DNA from: a phage
DNA length: 52,949 nt
Strand: one strand, 5' to 3'
Sequence record: PX651718.1
The notes under the pieces were generated by a model. It ran no database searches and was not told where the DNA came from. It worked only from the letters and a program-made list of their open reading frames with translations. Numbering within the stretch: position 1 is the stretch's first letter; each line of letters begins with the position of its first letter. This document shows, piece after piece, positions 29,484 through 40,291 of the stretch. The translations under genes were made by a program, and so were the position numbers.

Positions 29484-30613
29484 CTGAAAACGGGTTCGTA
29501 CAGAAGCCTGTTCAAGAAATCGTGTCGCACATTAATAGCAGATTCCGTAGCGTGTTCGGTGCCAACTTCGACATTAGTCCAGAAGGCCCAGATGGACAGG
29601 TTATTGGAATTATTTCAGAAGAAATTTCTAAGTGCTGGCAACAGGCTGAAATGGTATTCAATGCCTATCGTCCTGGTGCAATGCAGAAGGTTGGTCTGGA
29701 CAACATCTGCGAACTAACCTTCACAAAGCGATTAGTCAATTGGCCATCTCGTGTTGGTGTTCGCTGTGCTGGTCAGGCTGGCACCCTTGTCCCTGCTGGC
29801 TCTATTGTTAGTGACGGGACGATGAACTTCAAAACACAGTATGATTGTATTATTCCAGGAACTGTTACGGCAGTAGCAACTGAGTCTGGCGAATATTACA
29901 TTGCTGCTAACACTGTTAATAAAATTGTCACCACAGTCGCAGGTTGGGAATCAGTTAACAACCCAGAGATTGGGCAAACAGGTGTGGATTATGAGTCTGA
30001 CCCAGCACTTCGTATCCGCCGTGACAGAACTACTGCGCACAGCGGTTCAGCATTTGTTGAAGCTATTTACGCTGCACTCGCTGACCTTAATCTTTCTTAC
30101 ATTCGTATTCGTGATAATGATACCGGCGCTCCTATTGGGACTCAGCCTCCGGGTACAGTATTTGTTGTCGTAGAGGGTGGAACAGAGGACGAAATTGCTC
30201 GTCGAATTTACTCCTCCAAAACAGGCGGTGTTCCTACCCATGGTACTACATCCGTATCTATCTACGATAGTAAAGGCTATCCGCACGAAATTAAGTTCAG
30301 TCGTCCAGAAGATGCAACCATTTATGTAACTGGTACATTCAAGCGTCGTCCTGGTTCTAATATTAGTTCCAACGATGCGGCACGCCAGTTGCAAACGGCT
30401 ATGATGGAGTATATCAACTCCCTGAACCCAGGTGATTCTGTTATCTGGTCAGAATGTTTCAAGCCTATCATGGACGCTACTAACGGTGTTCAGGTTGATT
30501 CATTATTCATTGGTACTTCTGCGAGTCCAACTGGAATTGCTACAATCGAACTGGACATTGACAAGAAGGCTGTAGCCACATCTGCGTCTGTAGTTTTCAC
30601 TGAAACACCATAA
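29459..30613 (+). CDS. baseplate J-like protein
   Basis: 384-aa ORF following the W-like gene; assigned by synteny. Confidence 0.5.
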   Translation: MATIQYGVTENGFVQKPVQEIVSHINSRFRSVFGANFDISPEGPDGQVIGIISEEISKCWQQAEMVFNAYRPGAMQKVGLDNICELTFTKRLVNWPSRVGVRCAGQAGTLVPAGSIVSDGTMNFKTQYDCIIPGTVTAVATESGEYYIAANTVNKIVTTVAGWESVNNPEIGQTGVDYESDPALRIRRDRTTAHSGSAFVEAIYAALADLNLSYIRIRDNDTGAPIGTQPPGTVFVVVEGGTEDEIARRIYSSKTGGVPTHGTTSVSIYDSKGYPHEIKFSRPEDATIYVTGTFKRRPGSNISSNDAARQLQTAMMEYINSLNPGDSVIWSECFKPIMDATNGVQVDSLFIGTSASPTGIATIELDIDKKAVATSASVVFTETP

Positions 30614-30621
30614 GGTTAATA

Positions 30622-31266
30622 ATGGCTGGTAAATCTGGTTTAGATATGCTGCTAATGCAGTATAGCGATTCTCCAAACTTACGGGCGTACATTCAGATTT
30701 TCTTGGACGAGTTAAAGCTCGTCCAGAATGCTCAAGAAGAGTCTGTTAAATACCGATACCTTGCCGATTCATTTGGCGTCATGGTTGATGATATTGCATA
30801 CCTCGTTGGTGCCAGCCGTACTATCTATGGTGCAGCACCACTTGGGTACTTCGGTTTCTATTCTGACCCAAGCGCATTCCCTGCCGGAGATGATAATAAT
30901 CCTGGCGTTGGTGGCATTTTGAAGTCAGATGGCGACCGGGACTCTGGTGACTTTGTTCGTACCGATACTCAACTTAAGGATGCAATACGTGCACGTATCC
31001 GCAAGGTTGTAGGAAGCTGCACAATCGAAGAACTGATTGTTTATGTGGACCTTGTTCTTGGTCGTAGTCTGAATCTTGAAATCATTGAAGGATTCCAGAC
31101 TCTACATTACCAAGTGCATAACACACTGTCGGTTGCAGAGAAAGTGTTGTTGGCTTACATGCTTCCAGACTTTAAGCCTGTTGGCATCTCCATAACTCTT
31201 TCGGACAATGGTGGTGCTATTGAACTCCCATATGTTTCTAAAGTTTATCCACCGGAGAACAGATGA
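30622..31266 (+). CDS. tail protein (gpI-like)
   Basis: 214-aa ORF after the J-like gene and before the fibre genes. Confidence 0.4.
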   Translation: MAGKSGLDMLLMQYSDSPNLRAYIQIFLDELKLVQNAQEESVKYRYLADSFGVMVDDIAYLVGASRTIYGAAPLGYFGFYSDPSAFPAGDDNNPGVGGILKSDGDRDSGDFVRTDTQLKDAIRARIRKVVGSCTIEELIVYVDLVLGRSLNLEIIEGFQTLHYQVHNTLSVAEKVLLAYMLPDFKPVGISITLSDNGGAIELPYVSKVYPPENR

Positions 31267-32462
31267 CAAATCGTTTGAATTACCCAGAATATTGGGCGCA
31301 GGATGGCGAAGCACTTGACCCCGATTTGGATACGACTGCACCATCCTATATCCCAGACCGATACGAAAATGTCGGCTGGGAAGCTGAAAAGCCTCCCGAA
31401 CAATGGCAGAACTTCTTAACTCAAATCACTGACGTTAAGATTCGAGATATGTTGGTTGGTGGGATATTGCAATGGTGTGATACCGTAACATATTCGCTTG
31501 GCGCTTTTGCAATAGTTGATGGTAAGATTTATCAGAAGCGGGAAGAAGTTCCTGGCAATATAAGTCCTCCAACCTCCGGAAGTGGTTGGCAAGAGGTTCT
31601 TGAGACAAACCTTATTAAGTTTAATGAGAAGGTTCAATATCTCAAGAATGTGTTCAATGCTCATATGGCAGAACAGAACCCTCACAAAGATACTGTGGAC
31701 ACAATTGTTGATGGAACGTACCTTCAAGAATATGTGTACGACAGATTCGCCAGTGACGAACGAGTTACAACAATCCCATACCACATATCCAGAACCGGCG
31801 CATCTGTCCACAGGGTAACTCCAGAACAGCTTGGAACACTTCCAACATCTGGTGGGACTTTCACAGGACCGATAACTTTCACCGAAGAAGCGTATGCTGG
31901 TAGTGGTGTTTCACAATATGTGCACCGGAATGATTCGACTGGCATATTCGAATTGGTTAATGGGACCACTGCAATTGGTGTGGACAGTAGTGGTCATGCG
32001 TGGTTCATTAACTCTGCTGGTGCTTTTGAAATCATTACAGAAGCAAACTACAACAAGTTCAACATTAAGTATGGAAACCAGTTTGCACTCCCTGTGCCAA
32101 TGCTTCGTGCCGACTTTCATGAAGACATTAATGATGCGGAGTCTGTTGGTTTATGGACTGTTGAGACAACCGCTGCCCCAGAATTTTGGTATGGCGGATT
32201 TAATATCTCCAACAATGGGTTGAAGTTCTTTGGACCAACCTTTAATATCCCAACCACAGTTGTTGTTGTAGTTACTACCGATGAAGTTGATGTAGTTATG
32301 CGAACTTCTAATGAAGATTCTTTCAGCTTTCCAGACGGACTTGACCTGAAAGACTACATTGATAACAAACTCTTTGCAGATAAGAATGTAATGGCTCTAA
32401 GATTCTTTGAGGTATATCCAAGACTTTCTGCTAACCAAATCTCTATGCTTGCGAGACGATAA
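31263..32462 (+). CDS. tail fibre protein
   Basis: Track ORF; segment GGTFTGPITFTEE also present in the next gene (GGTYTGPVTFQQG). Confidence 0.55.
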   Translation: MTNRLNYPEYWAQDGEALDPDLDTTAPSYIPDRYENVGWEAEKPPEQWQNFLTQITDVKIRDMLVGGILQWCDTVTYSLGAFAIVDGKIYQKREEVPGNISPPTSGSGWQEVLETNLIKFNEKVQYLKNVFNAHMAEQNPHKDTVDTIVDGTYLQEYVYDRFASDERVTTIPYHISRTGASVHRVTPEQLGTLPTSGGTFTGPITFTEEAYAGSGVSQYVHRNDSTGIFELVNGTTAIGVDSSGHAWFINSAGAFEIITEANYNKFNIKYGNQFALPVPMLRADFHEDINDAESVGLWTVETTAAPEFWYGGFNISNNGLKFFGPTFNIPTTVVVVVTTDEVDVVMRTSNEDSFSFPDGLDLKDYIDNKLFADKNVMALRFFEVYPRLSANQISMLARR

Positions 32463-33853
32463 TGTTAAGACCAAAACTTAATAGAGTCTGGACTTCAAAC
32501 AATGCCAACCTACGGCGTGACCCTGGGGATGCCAAGTATCTTCAAGGGTGGATTGCAGAAATCCCAACCTTCCAGGTTCTTAACTATTTGCAGTATAAGG
32601 TTGACACTACTCTCCTAGCACTGGCTGAGCGTGGTGTCTTCGAATGGGGAACCGATGTTCAGTATGGACTTGGTTCCCTCGTGTGGGATGATGCGACTCG
32701 AACTGTTTATGTTGCAACTGTTGGTTCCCCTAGCCGTACTTTACGTCCTAGTGAGAACTTGGGGCAGTGGGCTGCAAGTGCTATTCAAGTATCTCGTTAC
32801 GACTACGATGATATTGTTAGTAAGATTTCTGCACACATCGCAGATACTACCTCCAACCCACATCGACTGACAGCCAACATGATTGGTGCGTACAACAAAG
32901 CACAAATCGATTCGCTGATTTCTCAATACAATGCCCTTGTTGCTAGTCATGCCAATGACCGGAACAATCCTCACAAAGTAACTGCTGCCCAGGCAGGTGC
33001 TGTTCCTGTCGCTGGAGGTACTTACACCGGACCTGTTACATTCCAGCAAGGTATGCTGTTCGATGTAAGCGGGACTTCTAAGTTGTCGTTTGGTCCTGCT
33101 GGCCTTTATATGCAGTCAGGTGACGAACGTATTGGGCTGGATGCCAGTGGTGTCCCGGTTGTTGGCAAGGCATCAACAAACACCAACTCTCGAATTATCA
33201 CTGATGCAACATTTGCAGAAGTTAAGGCGCGAGAAGAGCCAAAGTATGCAGTACCTACACCAAATTTCTGTCAGCACTTGATTGGTGATTTTAATATCAA
33301 CTCTGGCAAGGGTGCAATCAATGCCTCCGACAGTCTGTATTTTAACAACAATTATGGTGGCGCTCTGTACAGAACTGCCGGGCAGGATGTTCGAGAAACT
33401 CTTTACGAAGGTGCGGGATACGGATTTACAGACTGCACAATCTGTGTGGATGTTCTTTCCAACTCGCCTCGTGCGCCGAGCAGTGACGACTCTGTTGGCG
33501 TATTCTTCTCCTTAAATGGGTTGAATAGTGAGAACATAGACTTCTATTTGCAGAACAAGGGGCAGCTTAACCTTAACCGAAATGCCTCTGGTGCTAGTGA
33601 CTGGATTTACTATAATCTCCCTAACCGAGTGAATCGCTGGTATCGTATTGCTGCAACCCTAAGTACGACCACTGGACTTGAAATATATGTTGATGGTGTT
33701 CGTGTAGCTGCCGATGCCTCACAAAATGGTGCGGCTGCATGTGTTGGCAGGTATCCTCAGATTCATTTCCAGCCAACATCAAGAAACTATGCTGTTCGCA
33801 ACTTCCGAGTTTGGGATTTCAAAATGACACCAAACCAAATCTCTACTTTATAA
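32462..33853 (+). CDS. tail fibre protein
   Basis: Track ORF; shares the conserved fibre segment with the preceding gene. Confidence 0.55.
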   Translation: MLRPKLNRVWTSNNANLRRDPGDAKYLQGWIAEIPTFQVLNYLQYKVDTTLLALAERGVFEWGTDVQYGLGSLVWDDATRTVYVATVGSPSRTLRPSENLGQWAASAIQVSRYDYDDIVSKISAHIADTTSNPHRLTANMIGAYNKAQIDSLISQYNALVASHANDRNNPHKVTAAQAGAVPVAGGTYTGPVTFQQGMLFDVSGTSKLSFGPAGLYMQSGDERIGLDASGVPVVGKASTNTNSRIITDATFAEVKAREEPKYAVPTPNFCQHLIGDFNINSGKGAINASDSLYFNNNYGGALYRTAGQDVRETLYEGAGYGFTDCTICVDVLSNSPRAPSSDDSVGVFFSLNGLNSENIDFYLQNKGQLNLNRNASGASDWIYYNLPNRVNRWYRIAATLSTTTGLEIYVDGVRVAADASQNGAAACVGRYPQIHFQPTSRNYAVRNFRVWDFKMTPNQISTL

Positions 33854-33862
33854 GGTAATGTA

Positions 33863-35215
33863 ATGGCTAAAGGTTGGTCATTTGGCGGCTTAATTGCCGC
33901 CTTAAAGTCTGCTGCATTCTTAAATGCAGGTACTGCTCGTGGTGAAGTAATCACTGTTGGACAAAAGAATGCCCAGATTCCAACCACAGCATTTGTAACA
34001 AACTTTAATTTCAATACATACACATTCACCAATGGTGAAGTTCTATATGTTGAGATGAACTCTGCTGTAAACGTTCCACCAGAGTTACAGAAGTGGGACC
34101 TTGGGAAGTTCAGTGGGGCATATGTAATTATAACTGTGCTTGGAATTTCTGATAACAGCAATGCCTCCATCCTCGTAACACATGGTGAGGCAGCACGACC
34201 TCCAATCATGTACTACTCTCGCGGACCGTCTGGCAGCAGGTCGTATACAGCGCAACCCCTAATGTCTTGCAAGGATGCCGGAAGCGCGAACATTAACCTG
34301 TTTACAGGTGCGTCAGATGTTGGTGTTTATTATCAAGAGTCTGATGCTGTTGCTGGCTCTGCTGGTGGCTATCCAGCAGCACATGCTGGCACACTGGAGG
34401 TTTTGCCAACTGCATATGGTGTACAGCAACGCTATACATCCATATATGGTAACGTTTGGGTTCGTAGTCGTACGCTTGATTCCTCGCAGAATTGGGCCGA
34501 TTGGAGGGAGCTTGCACGAGTAAATCAGCGCGACCGCATCACAGAAGTTGGTGCAATAGAGTTGTATAACGATATTCCATACATCGACTTCCACTATGCA
34601 AACTCTGGTTTAGACTGCACTGCACGTATCATCGCAGAAGGATACAATCAGTTAGCTTTACGTGGAACTGGTCAAGACTTCAAGCTGTTCCTGAATGGGC
34701 AGTATCGCGGCGTAACTTGGGGCCGTGGTTGGGGTCAAGAGGCAGATGGGCACGTCCCTTATGGAGTGTACAACTGTGAAGTTGGTCCAGATGCCTGGGT
34801 CCCAATCTTGACACTCCAAACTGTAACATCTGGTCAAGGGTATGGAACTCATATTTCGTTTGGTGCGTACAGCAGAAATAATGATTTCTCAAATCCTGTA
34901 ATCTCACGACGTGGTGATAATGGTGCTGTACATAACTGGACATTCCAGAATGACGGCAACATTGACTACACTGGCAATGGTGGTCCATTCCGTTTTGCAC
35001 GGGAGAATTGGGTAAACTCTTCTTTCATGAGCGATATTCGCCTGGCCTCCTACCAAGAGACTACAACATGGCGTGGCTACGGGTATCGAGATGAATCTGG
35101 TTGGGTAATCACTGCTGTAATCAACCAAACTGCTGACGAATTCATCGACTACGTTGGTCGTCGTAAACTCCAGAAATATATGAATGGAACATGGTATGAC
35201 AGCTATTCTGTGTAA
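33863..35215 (+). CDS. tail fibre / receptor-binding protein
   Basis: 450-aa ORF with AAGG RBS, last large gene of the tail block. Confidence 0.5.
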   Translation: MAKGWSFGGLIAALKSAAFLNAGTARGEVITVGQKNAQIPTTAFVTNFNFNTYTFTNGEVLYVEMNSAVNVPPELQKWDLGKFSGAYVIITVLGISDNSNASILVTHGEAARPPIMYYSRGPSGSRSYTAQPLMSCKDAGSANINLFTGASDVGVYYQESDAVAGSAGGYPAAHAGTLEVLPTAYGVQQRYTSIYGNVWVRSRTLDSSQNWADWRELARVNQRDRITEVGAIELYNDIPYIDFHYANSGLDCTARIIAEGYNQLALRGTGQDFKLFLNGQYRGVTWGRGWGQEADGHVPYGVYNCEVGPDAWVPILTLQTVTSGQGYGTHISFGAYSRNNDFSNPVISRRGDNGAVHNWTFQNDGNIDYTGNGGPFRFARENWVNSSFMSDIRLASYQETTTWRGYGYRDESGWVITAVINQTADEFIDYVGRRKLQKYMNGTWYDSYSV

Positions 35216-35726
35216 GTATGAAGGGTTTGTTGAGAATACGAACCTGACTGAAAGCCAACAAGTGCTCAGGGACGAGCACAAGATTCTATTCGGATGCGAT
35301 AAGAATGGGACATGTTGGTATAAAATTCGTGAGTCTTTAAAGGACGGTACAGCCAAAGTTGTATACGAAAATGATGGAACTATTCGACACATCGACTTTG
35401 GTCCTGGTGATACTGTGGCTACACCGCTGGGTGGAAACATAGTTGAGCTGGAGTCGCTGCCAGAGGGTGTTGAAGAAAACAGACACTTTTGGAAGTTTGA
35501 TGGTGAGAAGTTTGTCGAGCATAAAGAAAACCGTGTGAAATATAACGAGTTTATGCGTAAGAAGAAACTTGCACCATTGACGGAAGAAATTGGCATTCTC
35601 ACTGACATGGTTGAGCTTGGTATGGCCAAGGAGTCTGACAACGAACTGCTTATTAAACTTAAGAAGAAGCGTATCAAACTGTCTCAACTCGACCTAACCG
35701 AAACAATCGACTGGAATGAACTCTAA
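35184..35726 (+). CDS. hypothetical protein (possible tail fibre assembly chaperone)
   Basis: Track ORF directly after the fibre genes; start uncertain. Confidence 0.45.
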   Translation: MEHGMTAILCKYEGFVENTNLTESQQVLRDEHKILFGCDKNGTCWYKIRESLKDGTAKVVYENDGTIRHIDFGPGDTVATPLGGNIVELESLPEGVEENRHFWKFDGEKFVEHKENRVKYNEFMRKKKLAPLTEEIGILTDMVELGMAKESDNELLIKLKKKRIKLSQLDLTETIDWNEL

Positions 35727-36067
35727 TGGATAGACAAACTTTCCAGATGATTTGGGAAGCAATGCACCAATACGGCGTTTGGCATGGACTGTTGGCTGGA
35801 CTGACAGCCTTAATCCGTGGTGCATATGAGAGTGAGGGTTTAAGCAAAGCGTTGCTGGATGCGACGCTATGCAGCTTAATCGGCCTGTTTGCATTTCAGG
35901 TCGCAGGTACATTTGAAACTTTCACAACTAACGTTACTATGCAGTTGGTGTTAGCTATTGTGATTGGTGTCATTGGTGCCAACCTCATTATCACAACTGT
36001 CAGGGAAAGTTTCTCTGGCGCAATCAAACAATTTAATCCTTTGACGTGGTTCAAGAAGGCACGATGA
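35726..36067 (+). CDS. holin (putative, three predicted TM segments)
   Basis: 113-aa ORF with three hydrophobic stretches, immediately upstream of a cell-wall hydrolase gene. Confidence 0.55.
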   Translation: MDRQTFQMIWEAMHQYGVWHGLLAGLTALIRGAYESEGLSKALLDATLCSLIGLFAFQVAGTFETFTTNVTMQLVLAIVIGVIGANLIITTVRESFSGAIKQFNPLTWFKKAR

Positions 36068-36084
36068 AATGGTAAGGAACTCGA

Positions 36085-36639
36085 ATGTTATCATTCAAAG
36101 TCCTTGCACTTCTGGCAGCTTTAGTTCACATCAACGCCCCAGCTTCGGTTGGGGCAGTGAATTCTGCTATTACAGATTTTGCAAGTCACTCTTATTTAAA
36201 TGGAAGTCTGAAACTATCTTCTTCACAACGCAAAGAGCTAGAATGCTATACTAAAGTTATCTGGTATGAAGCTCGCGGAGAAGACAAACATGGAAAGATT
36301 CTGGTAGCTAATGTCGTCCGTAATAGAACTAAGTTCGGGAAGCCATTCGCTAACACCGTTTGTGATGTTGTCTATCAACGCAATCAATTTGCATGGACAC
36401 GAGAAGCAAAGAAGAAGAATGCTCAATGGAAGCATGTAGCAAAGATTAATTATGCCACAGAACAACAACAAGTTCTGGACACTATTAATGTTGCAATCTC
36501 TTTTGTACTATTTAATCAACCCTCTGTCACCAAAGCAACCCACTTTTGTACAGCATCGGAGAAGTGCAACTTCAAGAATGTTAAAGGCTTGGGACGTTAT
36601 GGTGGCCATAAATTCTATGAGTATCTAGGAAATCTGTAA
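36085..36639 (+). CDS. cell wall hydrolase (SleB / Hydrolase_2-like) with N-terminal signal or SAR sequence; candidate endolysin
   Basis: N-terminus [24 protein letters not shown]; core [12 protein letters not shown] ... NVVRNR ... [14 protein letters not shown] typical of the SleB family; RBS AAGGA. Confidence 0.75.
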   Translation: MLSFKVLALLAALVHINAPASVGAVNSAITDFASHSYLNGSLKLSSSQRKELECYTKVIWYEARGEDKHGKILVANVVRNRTKFGKPFANTVCDVVYQRNQFAWTREAKKKNAQWKHVAKINYATEQQQVLDTINVAISFVLFNQPSVTKATHFCTASEKCNFKNVKGLGRYGGHKFYEYLGNL

Positions 36640-37739
36640 TGGCTTACACTACCTTTTCACAAACCAAGAATAACCAACTACTAGAGCCAATGTTCTTTGG
36701 TCAGAACGTTAACGTTGCCCGATATGACCAACAGAAGTACAGCATCTTCGAGAAGTTAATCGAGAAGCAGTTATCTTTCTTTTGGCGACCTGAGGAGGTT
36801 GATGTTAGCCAGGACCGAATTGACTATGCTGGTCTGCCTGAATGCGAGAAGCACATCTTCACCAGCAATTTACGATACCAAATCCTGCTCGATTCCATTC
36901 AGGGGCGTGGACCAACCACAGTTTTGCTGCCAATTGTGAGCATTCCTGAGCTGGAAACTTGGATTGAAACTTGGTCATTCTCAGAGACAATCCACTCTCG
37001 TTCTTACACGCACATTATTCGTAATATCGTGACAGACCCAAGTGTAATTTTCGATGAAATTGTGGAAAATGAGCACATTAAAATGCGTGCAATTGGCATC
37101 TCCCAATATTATGACGAGCTTCAACATCTGACTTCCATGTGGCATTTGCATGAAGATAAAGTTTCTCTTCGTGAGCTTAAGAAGAAGCTGTATTTATGCC
37201 TCATGTCCATTAATGCACTGGAAGCAATTCGCTTTTATGTCAGTTTTGCTTGCTCATTTGCCTTCGCTGAACGCAAGTTAATGGAAGGAAATGCCAAGAT
37301 TATTCGCTTAATTGCTCGTGATGAAGCACTCCATTTGACCGGAACTCAACACATGCTGAACCTTCTTGCAAGCGGTGTTGATGACCCAGAAATGGCAGAA
37401 ATTGCTAAAGAATGCCGTCAAGAATGTCAAGAAATGTTCGAAAATGTGGCCCAACAAGAGAAAGATTGGGCTGATTATTTGTTCAAAGATGGCTCAATGA
37501 TTGGCTTAAATAAGCAAATTCTGTGCGGATATGTGGAATATATCACGAATATTCGTATGCAAGCAGTTGGATTGGATGCTCCATTCAAAGGTGCTACTAA
37601 CCCGATTCCTTGGATTAGCTCATGGTTGAATTCGGATGCCGTACAAGTTGCTCCACAGGAAACGGAGATTAGTTCGTACCTTGTTGGGCAGATTGACTCC
37701 GAAGTTGACACCAATGCTCTGGGCGGATTTGAGCTTTAA
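36639..37739 (+). CDS. nrdB: ribonucleotide reductase class Ia small subunit (NrdB)
   Basis: By recall very similar to E. coli NrdB ([11 protein letters not shown] ..., [21 protein letters not shown]); iron ligands and tyrosyl radical residue conserved ([10 protein letters not shown]). Confidence 0.9.
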   Translation: MAYTTFSQTKNNQLLEPMFFGQNVNVARYDQQKYSIFEKLIEKQLSFFWRPEEVDVSQDRIDYAGLPECEKHIFTSNLRYQILLDSIQGRGPTTVLLPIVSIPELETWIETWSFSETIHSRSYTHIIRNIVTDPSVIFDEIVENEHIKMRAIGISQYYDELQHLTSMWHLHEDKVSLRELKKKLYLCLMSINALEAIRFYVSFACSFAFAERKLMEGNAKIIRLIARDEALHLTGTQHMLNLLASGVDDPEMAEIAKECRQECQEMFENVAQQEKDWADYLFKDGSMIGLNKQILCGYVEYITNIRMQAVGLDAPFKGATNPIPWISSWLNSDAVQVAPQETEISSYLVGQIDSEVDTNALGGFEL

Positions 37740-37750
37740 CGATTATATGC

Positions 37751-37788
37751 GAGAAGAGATTCGATGCGTTAGCGTCGTTTCTCTTTGA
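37751..37788 (+). terminator. rho-independent terminator
   Basis: Hairpin CGATGCG-TTA-GCGTCG followed by TTTCTCTTT directly after the nrdB stop. Confidence 0.5.
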
Positions 37789-37828
37789 GCTAGAATAAAA
37801 CAAGTAAATTAAATATTTATTTATTCCC

Positions 37829-37845
37829 AATATTGCTACAATATT
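37829..37845 (+). promoter_or_regulatory. perfect 17-bp palindrome AATATTG-CTA-CAATATT (candidate operator or promoter element)
   Basis: Exact inverted repeat; related copies at 38025, 40374 and 41075. Confidence 0.4.
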
Positions 37846-37884
37846 AAGAGTAATATTAGGAATGCGTAAAGTTAAAACCAAATG

Positions 37885-37947
37885 GTACATGGTCGGTCAA
37901 CTGTACCTGGACATAGATTCGTTCACGGTCGGTCAGCTGTATCTCGC
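37885..37947 (+). repeat. two direct repeats GTACATGGTCGGTCAACTGTACCTGG / CGGTCGGTCAGCTGTATCTCG
   Basis: Near-identical 20-26 nt units about 40 nt apart; a third copy at 41129. Confidence 0.5.
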
Positions 37948-38024
37948 CAAAATTTGTTCGAATGGAAGACCGACTATTAAATAATTTTTTTTTTATAATT
38001 TTTTTTTTAATTTAAATATTGCTA

Positions 38025-38041
38025 CAGAATTAATGAGACTA
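38025..38041 (+). promoter_or_regulatory. imperfect copy of the AATATTG palindrome (AATATTGCTACAGAATT) in an A/T-tract region
   Basis: Flanked by long poly-T/poly-A tracts (37975-38000, 38081-38100). Confidence 0.3.
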
Positions 38042-38268
38042 GAATTCGTAACAAAGCTACGAGACTCAAATTGCGGCAATATTATAATTTTTTATTTTTT
38101 GGGCCAGCGGGGAGGGGAAGCCCAACGTCCTATCGGACTTAAATACGGTCCCTACTCCAACTTTTTCCTACAGCCTATCGGCTTAATGATAACACCAAGT
38201 TAGGCGCTTCGCTTATGAGTCAAGGTCAAAGTCTTCGTGCTGTTGTAACAGTGGCACAGGTTTGTGAT

Positions 38269-38284
38269 ATTAGTTGGTTGTGAA
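38269..38284 (+). promoter_or_regulatory. conserved promoter-like motif, variant ATTAGTTGGTTGTGAA
   Basis: Member of the ATTAGTTGGATGTGAA family; 67 nt upstream of the RNA polymerase start. Confidence 0.4.
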
Positions 38285-38350
38285 TTGTGTAATGGCTACG
38301 CTATTATAATCCGTTTCAGTTAAATCATACACAATCTTGGAGACTTACAA

Positions 38351-40291
38351 ATGACTACTATCACCACTCAAACTATCAAATCCGTTGTTCCTGCTATCAC
38401 TGCTCTGGTATACCGTGCCAAAGAGAAGCAGAACTATATGCAGCCTCAGACTTGTGCTATTGCTGCCTTAGCCATATTCAAGATGATGACGTCTTTCACA
38501 CGTGATGACGTTGTTCCTGCCATTGCGATGGTTGAGCTGGCTTCTGCTTCTATTGCTGATGCCAACCGTTACAACAACGATTTGAAAGCAATGCACTATG
38601 TTGACCCAGCTATCAACCTCATTGGTCTGGCTAAGCACTTTGGCTTCATCACCATGAACGAAGACAAGTCATTCCAACAAACTGATACATGGGTTGAACT
38701 GGTTACAACCAAAGACACCGCAGTGCCATTCACCGAGCGTGTTACATCTGAATCTCGTCGCAAGCCTTTCGTTAAAGGTGGCAAAGTTAAGCCATCCAAA
38801 ACTCTGAAAGCTGCAATCGAATTCCTGCAAGATACTGAGTACCATGTGGAGACTGAGATGGTTCGCATCATTCAGTCCATGCTTGAGCAACGTACTTATG
38901 GTGGCTTGCAGATGCCAGAAGCAATCCAGACTGAACTCCATGTTTGGAACAATGCTGTAGCAATGATGAATCAAGACACTCTGTACTCTGACTACTTTGC
39001 TGATAACCGTGGTCGTTTGTATCACGTAGCATGTGCTGGTCCTAACCCACAATCCTCTGACTTTGCTCGTTGCTTGTATTCTCACAATGTTGAGAACATC
39101 GTTAAGAAGTTTAACGAAGATGGTTCTACTACCATTGCATACAACATGTTCATGGCAGAGCTGGAAGATATTTCCGGTGGTGAATGGTGCAGTGCTAAGC
39201 GTTTAACTTATGTTGCACAGAATCCTGCTGGTTCTTTGGCCCGTATGCTGAACATGCCTAAAGCTGAACGTCCTTCTAAGCCATTCACTTATGTTCGTCT
39301 GGCTCTGGATTGGTTCAAGTTTGAGACTACAGGTGAGTGTGATTCTCGTGTAGGCTTTGGCTTAGATGCTAAATGCTCTGGTACTCAATATCTGGCATTC
39401 ATTGCAGGTAACATGGAAATGGCTCGTGCAACAGGTCTGGTTGATTCTGAGACTAAAGCATCTGACCCATACCAGTTATCTCTTCGTGAACTGTTGAAAT
39501 TACTCGACCGTTCTTCAATGAAACCTTCTGTTGAAATCATGGAAGAGTTCTTGAACCCTAAAGCTGGTCGTAAGTTTATCAAAACTCCATACATGGCTAT
39601 TCAATACGGTGGTGGTAAAGCTGCTTTAACTGGTTCATCTGACTTTATCTCCTACATGACAGAAGCTCTCCAGATTCCTATGGAGAAAGTTGAGGCATTT
39701 GCTGAACTGTGTGTAGAAGCAATCCATAACGCATTGGGTGCTAAGATTAACATGTTCATTGAGAAAGCTGCTGATGCTGCATACAACCGTTGTGTTGAAC
39801 TTGGTAAAGAGTACATCACATATCGTCACACTGATGGTCAGGTTGTAATGAAGCCTTGCTTCCCATCTCGTGAAATCTGTGAGGCATTCAGCATTCGTGT
39901 TGATTCTCAAACTCGTGTTATCTTTGGCCAGATTCAGGAGAATAAGCCTTGGACCATTCGTGAATCCAATCCAACTAAAGAAGAATTCAAGCGTACTTTC
40001 GTTGTTAACTACATTCAAGGTATTGACGCACTTGTTGCTCGTACTGTTGCAGTTAAAGCTAAAGAAGCTGGTCTTCGTGGTTTTACTTCAATCCATGATT
40101 GTTTCCGTTGCTGTTTGGCAGATGCTCCACGTATGATGGAAGTTATTCGTGCAGCATATGTTGAAATCTTTGTAACCAACAATCAATTCGAGAATCTGTC
40201 TAAGCAACTCGGTGGCATTCAGATGTATCATGAGAACATCGTAACCGAAGAGCTTCTGATGAGCGAACACGCTTACTACTTCTGTCAATAA
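38351..40291 (+). CDS. single-subunit DNA-dependent RNA polymerase (T7-like, compact 646 aa)
   Basis: Motif A-like LDAKCSGTQY (compare T7 DGSCSGIQH); motif B RKFIKTPYMAIQYGG; motif C SIHDCF; RBS GGAG. Confidence 0.85.
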   Translation: MTTITTQTIKSVVPAITALVYRAKEKQNYMQPQTCAIAALAIFKMMTSFTRDDVVPAIAMVELASASIADANRYNNDLKAMHYVDPAINLIGLAKHFGFITMNEDKSFQQTDTWVELVTTKDTAVPFTERVTSESRRKPFVKGGKVKPSKTLKAAIEFLQDTEYHVETEMVRIIQSMLEQRTYGGLQMPEAIQTELHVWNNAVAMMNQDTLYSDYFADNRGRLYHVACAGPNPQSSDFARCLYSHNVENIVKKFNEDGSTTIAYNMFMAELEDISGGEWCSAKRLTYVAQNPAGSLARMLNMPKAERPSKPFTYVRLALDWFKFETTGECDSRVGFGLDAKCSGTQYLAFIAGNMEMARATGLVDSETKASDPYQLSLRELLKLLDRSSMKPSVEIMEEFLNPKAGRKFIKTPYMAIQYGGGKAALTGSSDFISYMTEALQIPMEKVEAFAELCVEAIHNALGAKINMFIEKAADAAYNRCVELGKEYITYRHTDGQVVMKPCFPSREICEAFSIRVDSQTRVIFGQIQENKPWTIRESNPTKEEFKRTFVVNYIQGIDALVARTVAVKAKEAGLRGFTSIHDCFRCCLADAPRMMEVIRAAYVEIFVTNNQFENLSKQLGGIQMYHENIVTEELLMSEHAYYFCQ

